NCBI GenBank assembly: GCA_951406725.2
Contig: OX597825.1
Span: 73,718,001-73,782,000, forward strand
Direction: 5' to 3'
Length of the DNA: 64,000 nt
DNA from: Octopus vulgaris
Lineage: Eukaryota
The notes beneath the pieces were generated by a model. The model saw nothing but the letters and a program-made list of their open reading frames with translations, made no database searches and was not told the DNA's origin. The translations under genes were made by a program, and so were the position numbers. Numbering within the stretch: position 1 is the first letter of the stretch; every line of letters starts with the position of its first letter. Positions 14,184 through 28,226 of this stretch are shown piece after piece.

Positions 14184-14850
14184 ATATATACAGCTATCAA
14201 GAAAGATAGATATATCTGAATGATTACAGGACCTGCTGGGTTGCATACATTTCGTAGGTTACTTTGCTGCTTATTCGAAATTTACCCGGGTGGAATTTAA
14301 GACATTTCGCAAAAGAATGAAACGATATCCATTTTGTTCTTCTTTCTTGTGTATAACAATCTGTGGGGGATAGCGTTTAGAGATAGAGGTATTGTTTATG
14401 ACTAATATGTTATGTTTAGTATTTTAACTATAACTCAATGTTTTTCACTGTGTTTCTAAGGAGTGTCATATCAGCGACGCGTCTAAAAATGCTGATTTGC
14501 AATTCTCGGCGCCTCTGGTACCTCATACGGTTGTTCAACAATTTTAATTGGGGTTTTCATTGGGACATTCCACCAGTACTCCTTTTTATCATGAGTGACT
14601 ATGGCTTCTACCATATTGTGGGTTCATGCATGTATATGTGTATGATTCTGTTTTGGAACAGTGGTTCTGGAAGCTGTTAGGGCTTTAGATATTAACGTGT
14701 TAATGTGGTGTTAAAAAGTCCCTACTGACTTTTTTTTTCTCCAAAAGAAGTTTTAGCAATATTTACACACTATTCTTTATAATTTGAATTACTTCGGCGA
14801 AAAGTATTATTTCACATTCCCTCGAACTTTTGATACTTATGACCTCGACA

Positions 14851-14881
<31 letters not shown>

Positions 14882-14936
14882 AACAAAAATGGAGAAAATC
14901 ACAACTTTTTTATATGTATGTATGTATGTATGTGTG

Positions 14937-15032
<96 letters not shown>

Positions 15033-15149
15033 CACACATACACACACACACACACACATATATATATATTAATAAATAAAATAAAACGTATGCATATATA
15101 TAAACATATATGTACGTACCTACCTCTACATGTACATATACACGCATAT

Positions 15150-15315
15150 ATGAGTACAGGACACCAAAAGGACGTCGAACACAATGAGAAACGAAAACAT
15201 AGACACAAACCAAAGGAACTGGACATTTTTTTAAAACAACAAAAAAATAGAGTACAGGACAATTAACACAAAGAAAAAAAACCCTTCTTCAGTCGCTATG
15301 GTTTCATCTACTCTA
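15150..15315 (-). mobile_element. Short repeat in TA-rich context, related to 25430-25810
   Basis: Repeated 'gagtacaggaca' motif; minus strand 'gagtagatgaaaccatagcgaCTGAAGAAGGG' parallels 'gagtagtaaaacagtcgacaaCTGACGAGGAG' at ~25765-25805. Confidence 0.5.
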
Positions 15316-15583
15316 CATATATATATATGTATATAAAGTGAAGGAGTGAACAGTGTTATATATCCATTACTGCCCAACTGAAAAATCACATCCGCACTTA
15401 GGTTCAACCGTGCGCTCTTCAGAGGTAGTCGTTAGGGAATGAAATATGGCGACTGTATAGGCACACACACATGCGCGCGCCCACACAGACACATACACTC
15501 ACAAACACACACACAGACATACACACACGCACATACACAGACACACACACACACATGCACACACACAGAATCACACACACACA

Positions 15584-15614
<31 letters not shown>

Positions 15615-16189
15615 GTATACATAAATGTTCATATATATATACATGTATACACACACACATACATACGTATGTATGTATACATATATATATATATGTGTGT
15701 GTCTGTGTGTATATATATATATACATACATATATACAAATATCTATGATTGTATACATAGGTATCTATGTATTTAAGTAAGTATGTATCATGTTAAACAA
15801 CCGTAGGAGGTAACAAAGGCGCCATGGACTGCAAATCAACATTTCAGACGCGTCTCCGCTGTGACACTCCTTAAAAACACGGTTCTTTTCACTGCAGGCT
15901 ACTTTCTAGACGTCTGCCTGCCTTGATTCGTTAATTCCCTTTACCTCTTATCATATATATATATATACATATAGACATATATATATATATATACATACAG
16001 GCATATATATATACCACACACACACGTAACGTTTATGTGTTTGTTTTACAAGATTCCTGATGAGAAATCGTGGGTTGAAACAGATATTGCTTTATAAAGG
16101 GAATGGTTATATTTTGCCAATTAAACACACGCACTGTATATTTGGTCTTCACTTCAGCGTTAGTATTATCATTATTATTATTATTATTG

Positions 16190-16450
16190 CTCCGGCAGGG
16201 GATGGTGGTGATCCCTGCTGTACTCTTTCACCACAACTTTCTCTCACTCTTACTTCCTGTTTCTGTCGTACCTGTATTTCAAGGGGCCGGCCTTGTCACT
16301 CTCTGTGTCACGCTGAATATCCCCGAGAACTACGTTAAGGGTGCACGTGTCTGTGGAGTGCTCAGCCACTTACACGTTAATTTCACGAGCAGGCTGTTCC
16401 GTTGATTCAGATCAACCGGAACCCTCATCGTCGTAACCGACGGTGTGCTT
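16190..16450 (+). mobile_element. 5'-truncated chimeric SINE (OR-like middle plus family C tail)
   Basis: 16190-16252 matches the OR-like body of 8097-8343; 16268-16450 matches the 3' half of 11074-11397. Confidence 0.75.
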
Positions 16451-16457
16451 CCATATA

Positions 16458-16609
<152 letters not shown>

Positions 16610-17364
16610 GAATCTAAAACGATGACGAAATATACAGTGCGTGTGTTTAATTTACAAAATATGGCCATACCCAAATACAATACCTCCGATATATAACATG
16701 TATATATACATATATATATATGGTTATATATAGATATATATCTGTGTATATGTTAATGTGTGTGTGGTGTGTGTGCGGTGTGTATGTGTGATGTGTGTGG
16801 TGTGTGTGTGTATGATTTATTTTAGATAAAAATTTTCACCCCACCCCCATCCTACCCGGAGGCTTTGAAGAATACACAGATACGAAAGATGCATCTTTGT
16901 ATTTTGTCCGCACAAGTTTAGTTTTCTGTGTGCTTATATGAAAGTCTGACAGCATTGTAAACTTTAATTTTGATATCTATGTGAATACCTAGGCTGTCGC
17001 AAACACTACAGCAGGTTTCTGAAAGTAGAATTCATTTTTACCAATACGAGATTTCACTTCAGAAGCCATGTTTTATTCCAGGAAGCTCACACTACGAGCG
17101 TCCTGGAACAATATGGTAGAAAACGTTTGTTTCAGCATTATTCAGAGTGAGCCGAGAGTTACATATATACATTGCAAATATACACACATATATGCAAACA
17201 TACATACTTCCGAACATATTTACAAAGACCCACCCACCCACTTAACACACACACACACATACACACACAAACACATACACACACACATACATTGCTCTTT
17301 TACTCTTTTACGTGTTTCAGTCATTTGACAGCGGCCATGCTGGAGCACCGCCTTTATTTGAGTA

Positions 17365-17498
17365 CAGCAGGTTCCGCCACCACCCCCTGGTGGAGCCTTG
17401 TGGAACTTTAAGTGTTTTCGTTCAATAAACACTCACAACGCTCGGTCTGGGAATCGAAGCCGCGATCCTACGACCGCGAGTCCGCTGTCCTAACCACT
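17365..17498 (-). mobile_element. OR-like SINE 5' part
   Basis: Closely similar to 8195-8330. Confidence 0.8.
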
Positions 17499-17650
17499 TG
17501 CTATATATATATATATATATATCATGTAAAATTATATGTATGTCTGTCCATCAGCCTCAGCTCGCTGTGAAACATTGTTCGGTTACATATATGTGGAATG
17601 ACCTCTCGAACTCAGACCGCTTTTATGTACGTTACCCACATATGCATACA

Positions 17651-17701
<51 letters not shown>

Positions 17702-17837
17702 AAGTAATCACGATATAGACGGGTAGATACGGTCTTGAAATATCAATGTTCTTCGTGTTTACGTATCAACTCGGGCTAAACAACAAAATTAACGCGGATT
17801 TAATAATGCTCCTACAAAACTAGAAACACAATGTGTA

Positions 17838-17873
<36 letters not shown>

Positions 17874-18156
17874 TCAACGGCGTGTTCTTATCAATAAGAA
17901 TTCCTTAGCTTCTTTTTTTTTCTCTAGTGTTGCCAGTTATTGCTTTTTAATGGTTGTTTCTCTTTGACTCGTCTTGGTTTTGATTCAGAAAAGAAAAAAA
18001 AAAAACAACAACATTGTGATGAATGTATTCAACAAACCTTTACACATAAAACTATTTTCAGACATTCAGCTTAGCTGTCTATATTATTCACATATTTCCC
18101 AAATTAAGCTTTACCGACATATGTCTGTGTGTGATGGAAGTTCATAAATGTATATG

Positions 18157-18637
<481 letters not shown>

Positions 18638-19165
18638 AGAGTGAGAGAGGGAGATAGAGAAAAAGAAAGACTGATAGATAGATAGATACTAATGCACATG
18701 TGTGTAGTATGTACGCATCTATGTATCTCTGTATAGTGAGAGATATAGATAGGTAGGTAACTAGGTGAAACAGTTTAGTGATGTCATTATTACTAGTGGT
18801 AACTAAACATAGCTATAATAGCCATAAGCTGCATTTCCATCTGTGATGCTATTCCAATTAAGGACGGCAAGGCCAGTGACCCCTTCAGTGCAGAGATAAT
18901 ATCTTACACCCACCCACACACACATACATATATATTTGTAAGTATGTATAATCATAAAGCCAGGAGATATGTGGTGTGTGTGTGTGTGTATTTTCAGCCA
19001 TGTGACTTCCATAGGCTTACGGCCGTTTCGTAACCTTCTTCATGCAGCATTAATTTCAGTATACAAGAAATTATGCGTACATTTTAGCAGCATTATGTTT
19101 GCTCAGCATCATAAAGTACACTAGTCTATTTACGAATTAATGCATATAAAATAATATATATATAA

Positions 19166-19210
<45 letters not shown>

Positions 19211-19222
19211 AATACACACACA

Positions 19223-19285
<63 letters not shown>

Positions 19286-19606
19286 AGATTGCAAATGGCG
19301 TCTGATATTTACGACAGCTGCTGAATCATAAACGTCTTATATGTTCCTTTTTTATTTATGTCACTCCGGGAACCAACGCCAGCGTTGGATCTACGGGGTT
19401 GGTTCGATCTACGGGGTTGGTTCTTACATATTCTACAGTAGTGTACGAACACTTGATACCCTCATTGCTGTTCACTTCACTATGAACTCTATGCTATCGT
19501 ACCTAGCCAATTCCGGCGTCCTATTCGTTTGATGTACCTAGGTTTTATTGAATCCTAATAATTAATTCAGATATAGATAGACAGACAGACAGACAGATAG
19601 ATAGAT

Positions 19607-19665
<59 letters not shown>

Positions 19666-19693
19666 CAGGCAGGCAGATGGATAGGTAGATAGA

Positions 19694-19726
<33 letters not shown>

Positions 19727-19728
19727 GG

Positions 19729-19814
<86 letters not shown>

Positions 19815-20213
19815 GTAGATGTAGGTATGTATGTAAGCATGTATGTATATATGTATGATTTATTTATTTATTTGAACGATTCTTGACGCGAATCTTTTTT
19901 AGAAATATATTGTACATAGGGTTGGGTCTATGTGATTATGGGATGTTTTTCAACACCTTGGTGTATAGAGCGAGAAATGTTCTCAACGGCAAATAGCTGT
20001 GAACACGGCCTTTGTACACATTAATTATGTTCCAAACATCGTTGAACTGACCTAAATGTTTGTATACGTGCAATACTACTTTCTAGCTTCTGTACAGTAC
20101 GAAGGAAATTTAGCGATAAATAAATCACTGAAAAGTGCAACGTGGTGAGGCACGGACCTTTGATAAAGGAGTTAATTAATCAGTTGATTAATTAATATTA
20201 CTAAACACGAAAG

Positions 20214-20645
20214 CAGCTATCTGGCAGAATCGTTAGCACGCCGGGCGAAATGCTTAGCGGTCTTTCGTCCGTCTTTGCATTCTGAGTTCAAATTCCGCCG
20301 AGGTAGACTTTGCCTTTCATCCTTTCGGGGTCGATTAAATAAGTACCAGTTACGCACTGGGGTCGATATAATCGACTTAATCCGTTTGTTTGTCCTTGTT
20401 TGTCCCCTCTGTGTGTAGCCCCTTGTGGGTAGTAAAGAAATAAGAATCGCTAGCACGCCGGGTAAAAATTCTTTGCAAAACTTCGTCCGTCTTTATGTTT
20501 TAAGTTCAAATTCTGTCGAGGTCGACTTTGTCTTTCATTCTCTCCGGAGCGATTAAATACGTATCAGTTAAACACTGGGGTCGATGTAATCTACTTACCC
20601 ATCCCCCAAAATTGCAGGCCTTGTGCCAAAATTTGAAACCAATAT
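20214..20645 (+). mobile_element. SINE family A dimer with two different tails
   Basis: Unit 1 ends 'gtaaagaaata' (~20442) and joins 'agaatcgctagcacgccgg'; unit 2 ends in 'ggccttgtgccaaaatttgaaaccaat'. Confidence 0.85.
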
Positions 20646-20700
20646 TACAAAAATCTAACTGCAAGCAAAATGGCAAAATGACTCCTTTAAGGTACAACAT

Positions 20701-21095
20701 AGGCGCAAGAGTGGCTGGGTGGAAAGTAGCTTGCTTACGAACCACATGGTTCCTGGTTCAGTCCCCCTACGTGGCACCTTGGGCAAGTGTCTTCTACTTA
20801 TAGCCTCGTGCTGACCAAAGTCTTGTGAATGGATTTGGTAGACGGAAACTGAAAGAAGCTCGTCGTATATATGGATATATATATGTTTGTGTGTCTGTGT
20901 TTGTCCCGCCCAAAATCGCTTAAAAACCGATGCTGGTGTGTTTACGTCCCGTTAACTTATCGGTTCGGCAAAAGAGATCGATAGAATAAGTACTAGGCTT
21001 CCAAAGAATAAGTCCTGGTGTCGAATTGCTCGACTAAAGGCGGTGCTCACGCATGGCTACAGTCAAATGACTGAAACAAGTAAAAGAGTAAAAGA
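20701..21095 (+). mobile_element. SINE family B, full length
   Basis: Head through tail 'ggcggtgctc..gcatggc..cagtcaaatgactgaaacaagtaaaagagtaaaaga'. Confidence 0.9.
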
Positions 21096-21211
21096 TTTAA
21101 AACAGATATATATGTGTATATATATATATTATATATATATATATATATACATATATACATATATATGTATGTAGATATATATATAATATATATATATGTC
21201 TGTGTGTTTGT

Positions 21212-21245
<34 letters not shown>

Positions 21246-21487
21246 GTGTGTGTGCGTGTGTGTGTATATATATATGTGTGTGTGTGTGTGTGTGCGTGTT
21301 TGTGTGTATAAATGTAAGATCTAAGGATCGAGGTGTAGAAAGAAAGTTAGGTTCAAGCAATCCGTAGAAAATATAGAAAGCAACTTTCAGAAACTAAAAC
21401 TATAAAAAGCGTCTTTCAGCGAGGTTCTGCTCGCTATGAAACATATGTAGCCTGGATATTTTCTACTCCGTTCCTCAACTCTTTTAT

Positions 21488-21545
<58 letters not shown>

Positions 21546-21899
21546 ACGTTGATGCAAACAGGAAAACTAGAACTCAAATTATGAGTATAAGTATATTTTT
21601 ATTAATATTTAGAAGTAACAGATTGACTGAAGGTTACCAAAAGTGCCAACGCACGAAGCTCTCAGATCTTGAGTCAATCTGTTACTTTTAATTATTAATA
21701 CATAAAATATAATATATTCTTCTGTACTTTTACTTGTTTCAGTCATTTGACTGAGACCATGCTGGAGTACCATCTTTAGTCGATCGAATCGACCCCAGAA
21801 CTTATTCTTTGAATGCCTAGCCCTTATTCTATCGGCAAGTGGTAATACTTCATATTTTATATTACCTCTGAAACCGTTATATATGAAGCCATAATCACA

Positions 21900-22400
21900 A
21901 GCAGGTTTTTATAACAATTGTTCATTACAGGTATGCATTTATTAGGTCCTAATTATAAGTACATTTTATTATTATCTGTTAAATTACACGTATAAGTTTA
22001 ACATTAAAGGATGTAAGGATAACGAATATCTGATATGTATGTAATGTTTTAATTATTAACCTTTGGGTTATGAAATAGTGTCATTCACTCAGAATTAGTT
22101 ATATTATTACTTAGGTTCAATCGAGTCTGTTTTTGTTTTGGAAAGAATAGAATATAAAAGCTTTCCCTTTTTTTATTAATAACTATGGAAGACTGGTGGG
22201 AATATTATCTGTACGGACTTCAAGGGCTAGATTGCTATTTAGTTGGATAATTTAGGAGTTAGTTGCGAGTTTACGTATAGAATTAGTTTACTGATACTGT
22301 TTTTGTACATAGGGTAATGAGGTTTCTTTGTTGTTATTTAATTAATAATGTTAGTATTTAATCATTCCTAGAGTTAATATTGAACGAATGTGGTGATATC
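21900..22400 (-). pseudogene. Possible highly decayed Penelope-like endonuclease region
   Basis: Only weak minus-strand peptide hints ('TPKLSN', 'KAFIFYS'); adjacent 'gaaaccatag...ctgatgatgg' resembles other short repeats here. Confidence 0.25.
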
Positions 22401-23446
22401 TAAGGTATGTTTGTTCCCAAACAACACGTATTTTAATGCTGTTAACACCGCATAATTGAATGGTACTGCCGAGGTGTCGAAACCATAGTGATATCTGCGG
22501 GGCAGCTGATGATGGAGGTGTGTTGGATTGTTGGTATATGCGGAATAGTTTTATCAGACATCTATTTGATATATACATACACATATATGTACAAATGTGT
22601 ATATATATATATATATATATATAAATGTGTGTGTATGTATATATTTATATATATAAGTATATGTATATGTATGTATACATATATATATATACATATATAG
22701 ATACACACTTAATGCAAAACACAAACTTATATATCCACACACATACATATACGTACATGTATATTCATATGTAGGGCATGCGAAGATGGTGCTTAAGTGG
22801 AAACGTGCAAATGAAAGGGGGGGAAAAGCGAATATTTGGGAGTATAATTGAAATTATGTGGGAGTGATGTCCTGGAGATGAGGAGTGAATAAGGGACCGA
22901 GTGAGAGTGGATGTAGAATATGTGATACGTAAGGGCGCATGCGTGGATGTATGCATATCCGCGCGTGTGTTGACGAATAATTTATGAGATGTATTGATAT
23001 GAGCTAATGTTATTCTATATAGATGTATAAAGAAAAGGAAAGAGAAAGAGAGAGAGAGAGAGAGAGAGGAGAAGTGCGAAGTGGAAACATGACAGAACGC
23101 GTAAAAGGGAACAACAAAAGAGAGACCCAGAGATGGTGTGGGTGGTGGTGTGACTATATGTGTATGTGTGTGTGTATATGGGTGTGTGTAAGTGCAAGTG
23201 TATGCGTTGAGTGTGAAGACATTTTTGGAGACACAAGATATATAAGAACAGCTTTGCGTGTGAGTATTTGTATGTCTATGTATGTATGTATGTATGTATG
23301 TATGTATGTATGTATGTATGTATGTATGTATGTATGTATGTATGTATGTATGTATGTATGTATGTACGTACGTACGCATGTATGTATGTATGTATGTATG
23401 TATGTATGTATCTATGTATGTATCTATCTATCTATCTGTCTGTCAC

Positions 23447-23490
<44 letters not shown>

Positions 23491-23630
23491 AAACTGAAAC
23501 TGGGAGTTTATCTCGTGGCTTGACTTACATACGTCTGCGATCTTCAGACATTGATATGAAACTTGAGTCGCATACATTTATGTATATATATATGTATGTA
23601 TGCATGTATGTATATACGAATGTATACATG

Positions 23631-23671
<41 letters not shown>

Positions 23672-24668
23672 TAAATTCTACAAAGCAGTTGTTCAACATG
23701 GACGCAGTCCAATTACTGAAACATGCAAAAGATTGAAAGTGCAAAGAAGAAAATTCTAGAAATAAAAAAAAGAAAAAGCAACACGCCATTTTGACTATTT
23801 TCTCTTTAGTAAATAAAAGAAAAAAAAATTCCCTTTCATTATATTTTTCGTGTGATTACACACGCAAGTTATAAAAAACAAATAAACAATAATTAAGTAA
23901 ATAAATAACAAACTATTTTGTCATGAAATTTCTAAGAGGTTTACGTATCTTTTTTGCTTTTTTTTTTATTGTTTTTTTTTTCCTGAAATTTTATACACGA
24001 GTTTCGCAGCTCATCTTTTATTTTCTTTAGCCATTTTTGCACTCGTAGTAAAAATATACAGCAAAAAAAAAATAAATAAATAGAAACAAGAAAATGAAAC
24101 GGATGGCACTCAGAAGAGGAATTCTAAGAATAGTATCTGGAATTTCTCTCGGTCGTCTTCTTAAAGACAGATAGGGTTACTGAAATATGTTGGGGTAGGT
24201 TTGAATGAAGGCGAAGCATATGGGTTGATATCAGTTGCGTTTTTAACATGATATAGCTGCAAATACAGGAGGTCGGACAACACCATAAAAAATTGTGGGC
24301 GGGAGATGGGGAATTTCAGTGTTATTTTCCCTTGGTTGTTGAGCTATATTGCGTGCGGTAGAGGGAAGGCGAATCGCCTGGTGGTAAGGGTGTTGCACTC
24401 ACGTCCGTAACATCGTGTCTTTGAATTTTCGACCGTGCCGACTGATACGTATTGTTCTTCTGCAATACCCTTTATTTTCACATTACCGCAGTTCACACAA
24501 CTGAACACAAGTTCTATCCACACTCAGGCTGCTAGAAATAGCAGCCCACAAACGCCTATGGATATTGAGTTTAGGAAAAATAGTAGATAAAGAGAAATGT
24601 GGGTAGAAGAGACTTATAGCAGGAACTATAGAACAATGGGTAAGAGGAACAGGGAATTAGATCTCTCT

Positions 24669-25218
24669 AATTTTGCTAGGAATAAAGTATGTCCCTTAAA
24701 CTCTAAATGTTCGACGAAGAAACTTATATAAAGATGTAAAATCACTTCTGAGGAAAGAACATGCTTCTGCATAGGGGCGAGCTCGCTAAATGTTAAAGGA
24801 CTAGCTACTCTTTAAATTCATTTAGAGACAGAGATAAAATGAACAGCACGGGCTTAAGCAAACTAATCTGGCCCTTAATCATAGGAACTATAGTTTACCC
24901 CGGAGTGGGAGATAATTAGTTGGGCTAAACCTATTTCTTTACTACCCACAAGGGGCTAAACACAGAGAGGACAAACAAGGACAGACAAATGCATTAAGTC
25001 GATTATATCAACCCCAGTGCGTAACTGGTACTTAATTTATCGACCCCGAAAGGATGAAAGGCAAAGTTGACCTCGGCGGAATTTGAACTCACAACGTAAG
25101 CGGCAGACGAAATACGGTTACGCATTTCGCCCGGCATGCTAACGTTTCTGCCAGCTCGCCGTTTAGTTGGGCTAAACCGTATCAAGGAGGAGGAAGTGGA
25201 TGTCAGTCATGTAAAGAA
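24669..25218 (+). pseudogene. Penelope-like GIY-YIG endonuclease relic interrupted by a SINE
   Basis: Translates 'KVCPLNSKCSTKKLI*RCKITSEERTCFCIGASS', then in other frames 'NSFRDRDKMNSTGLSKLIWP' and, after removing the SINE and one TSD, 'EWEIISWAKPYQGGGSGCQSC'. This follows the PLE pattern CPLxxxC..IY..YIG..F....N.TxLSxxIW..WxII..AxPY..CxxC. Confidence 0.8.
24932..25162 (-). mobile_element. SINE family A, full length, 16-bp TSD
   Basis: TSD 'ttagttgggctaaacc' at 24916-24931 and 25163-25178. Confidence 0.95.
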
Positions 25219-25279
25219 GTCTGCGCCGGGTCGACGTTGTTTTCAGTAAGTCGTATTAGCATGATACAGTCGGCTTGAT

Positions 25280-25988
25280 TCTCTACCACATGATGTTGGA
25301 TTCCACCGCATAGCACCTTGGACAAGTGTCTTGTACTATAGCCTCGGGTCAACCAAAGCCTTGTGAGTAGATTTGGTACACGGAAATCGAAAGAATCCTT
25401 TTACACACACACACACACACACACATAAAATATACATTAAGTACAGTAAACACACGAGAGATAAGTACAGGACAAAATACAAAAACATATCAAACAATAC
25501 ACAATAAGTAGAGGACATCACCAATGAGGGAAAAATACGTAAACACACGAGAGATAAGTACAGGACAAAATACAAAAACATATCAAACAATGCACAATAA
25601 GTAGAGGACATCACAAATGAGGGAAAATACGTAAACACACGAGAGATAAGTACAGGACAAAATACCAAAACATAAAAAAATACACAATAAGTAGAGGACA
25701 TCACCAATGATGGAAAAATACGTAAAGACACGAGAGATTAGCAGAGGACAAAATACCAAAAGAAGGTAACTCCTCGTCAGTTGTCGACTGTTTTACTACT
25801 CCCTATTTCGTTCTTTTGTCTCCTCACTACCGATTCAAAACCGGTGTTGGTGTGTTTGCATCCACGTGACGGTTCGGCCAAATAGATCAATAGAATAAAG
25901 TATCCCGCTTAAAAAATAAGTACAGGACTTAAAGAATAAGAACTAATTCATTAGACTAAAAATAAGTCTGCGACCCCAGCATGGCCGC
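25280..25988 (+). mobile_element. SINE family B split at its central microsatellite by an insertion
   Basis: 5' arm ~25280-25400 ('gcaccttggacaagtgtctt...cggaaatcgaaagaa'); 3' arm ~25815-25988 ending 'ccccagcatggccgc'. Confidence 0.75.
25446..25760. repeat. Tandem repeat, ~92-bp unit, about 3.4 copies
   Basis: Units start 'gtaaacacacgagagataagtacaggac' at 25446, 25539, 25631 and 25722; each contains 'ataagta(c/g)aggaca' twice. Confidence 0.92.
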
Positions 25989-26130
25989 GTAACTGGTACT
26001 TCATTTATCAACCCCGAAAGGATGAAAGGCAAAAGGACCTCGGCGGAATTTGAACCCAGAACGTAAAGACAAACGAAATGGCGCTAAGCATTTCGCCCGG
26101 CGTGCTAACGTTTCTGCCAGCTCGCCGCCT
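25988..26130 (-). mobile_element. SINE family A 5' part
   Basis: Family-A core and head, reverse complement. Confidence 0.85.
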
Positions 26131-26182
26131 TAAGAATAATTCTTGTGTAACAACTGTAGCTGTTGTAGTAGTAGTAGTAGTT

Positions 26183-26243
<61 letters not shown>

Positions 26244-26535
26244 TAATCTCATCAGTAACGTATAAATATTTCGTTGTTTAGTGACGTATATTTCTAAATC
26301 CAAACTAAGATAATTAGTGGGGGTTTTTTTGTCATCAATAATTTATGTTATTTCCACTTTGCTTTTAAATCTAAGGAATTTCTGCCACATATTAAACATT
26401 GGATCGTTTCTTCGGTATTCCGAATTATCGCAGGAACCGCCCTTAGAATATATGTATACTTGGCAGCGAGGAGATAACTATGCAGATAACTGGGGGCGGG
26501 GGGAGATTAATATCTAAATATTTGAGAATGTGTCC

Positions 26536-26623
<88 letters not shown>

Positions 26624-26624
26624 G

Positions 26625-26657
<33 letters not shown>

Positions 26658-26672
26658 GTATATATATATATG

Positions 26673-26719
<47 letters not shown>

Positions 26720-26904
26720 TGTATGTATGAGTGTGTGTGTGTGTATGTGTGTGTGTATGTCTACGTTTGTGTGTTTTATTATTTTTAATGGGTAGAATTT
26801 AGAAAGTGACTCAAGGGCCGACAATTTCAGGCGTGGTACTTGGTAAGTGCCATGAACGAAACTTTTGGACGCTGAGTCAATTTGTAACTACTACCGATTA
26901 AAAA

Positions 26905-27108
26905 TATTGGCTTAAAATTTTGGCACAAGGCCAGCAATTTCAGGGCAGGGGCTGAGTCGATTAAATGGACCCCTGTGTCCAACTGGTATCTATTTTATCT
27001 ACCACAAAATGATGAAAAGCGGCATTTTAACCCACAACATAGAAACAGACGAAATGCCTCTAAGCATTTTGGCCGTCGACCTAAATATCTTGTCAGCTCG
27101 CCGCCTTA
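26905..27108 (-). mobile_element. SINE family A (tail variant), degraded
   Basis: 'tttggcacaaggccagcaattt...aactggtat...acagacgaaatgc...cagctcgccgcc'. Confidence 0.75.
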
Positions 27109-27132
27109 CGCCGAATAAAAAATTGTCTATAC

Positions 27133-27174
<42 letters not shown>

Positions 27175-27261
27175 TAATGCTTTTAATCGGCATAAGGCGG
27201 GAGCTGGCAGAATCGTTAGCTCGCATGCTAAAACGCTTAGCAGCATATATATATATATATA

Positions 27262-27425
27262 TACGATGAGCTTCTTTCAGTTTCCGTCTACCACATCCAC
27301 TCAGGAGGCCTTGGTCGGCCCGAGGCTATAGTAGAAGACACCCGTCCAAAGTCCCACTGCGTGGGACTGAACCCGGAACCATATGGTTGGGAAGCAAGCT
27401 TCTTACCACGCAGCCACTCCCATCC
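27262..27425 (-). mobile_element. SINE family B 5' arm
   Basis: 'cttctttcagtttccgtctacc...gtgggactgaacccggaacc...cttaccacgcagccactcc'. Confidence 0.85.
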
Positions 27426-27789
27426 CTATACACCCCCCTCCACAAATTTATATATAATAGAATAAAAGGATAGCTAGGCAAACGATTGGGTCAGATTATG
27501 AGACATAGTTATAGAGTCCGTGGTGTGAGTTCTTCGAACAGTTTTCGCTATTTGTTTACCGTGTGAAGATTTCTTAAAGCTCAATGTCTTATGAGCAAAC
27601 TATTTATAGATGCATTCATATTCGCCATATATCATATATACATGACTGATTTTCTTATTTTTCGATGCTTCTAAAGTATGTTCTAAATGGTACTACACAA
27701 GCACACACGTACATAAACATACATGCATGCACGTTCGCACTCACACACAAACATATACTTATATATAGTATAACCTGAAAGTTGAATAA

Positions 27790-28226
27790 TTCTTTTCCAT
27801 TCTACTCTAAGCACAAGGCCCGGAATTTTGGGGCAGGGGACCAGTCGATTGGATGGACCCCAGTACGCATCTGATACTTAATTTATCGACCCCGAAAGGA
27901 TGAAAGGCAAAGTCAACTTCGGCGGAATTTGAACTCAGAACGTAAAGACAGACGAAATACCGCTAAACATTTCGCCCGGCTCGCTAACGTTTCTTATTTC
28001 CTTATTGCCCACAGGGGGCTAAACATAGAGGAGACAAACAAGAACAGACAAAGGGATTAAGTCGATTACATCGACCCCAGTGCGTAACTGGTACTTAATT
28101 TATCGACCCCCGAAAGGATGAAAGGCAATGTCGACCTCGGCAGAATTTGAACTCAGAACGTAACGACAGACGAAATTCCGCTAAACATTTCGCCCGGCGT
28201 GCTAACGTTTCTGCCAGCTCGCCGCT
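27790..28226 (-). mobile_element. SINE family A dimer
   Basis: Two family-A cores (27875-27960, 28090-28180) joined on the minus strand as 'ggaaata|agaaacgttagc' at ~27995. Confidence 0.88.

Noticed and set aside
19388-19423. 18-bp tandem duplication 'gatctacggggttggttc'
   Set aside because: Simple local slippage with no further structure.
25446-25760. CRISPR-like repeat with recurring 14-mer
   Set aside because: The intervening sequences repeat too; eukaryotic context and no cas genes.
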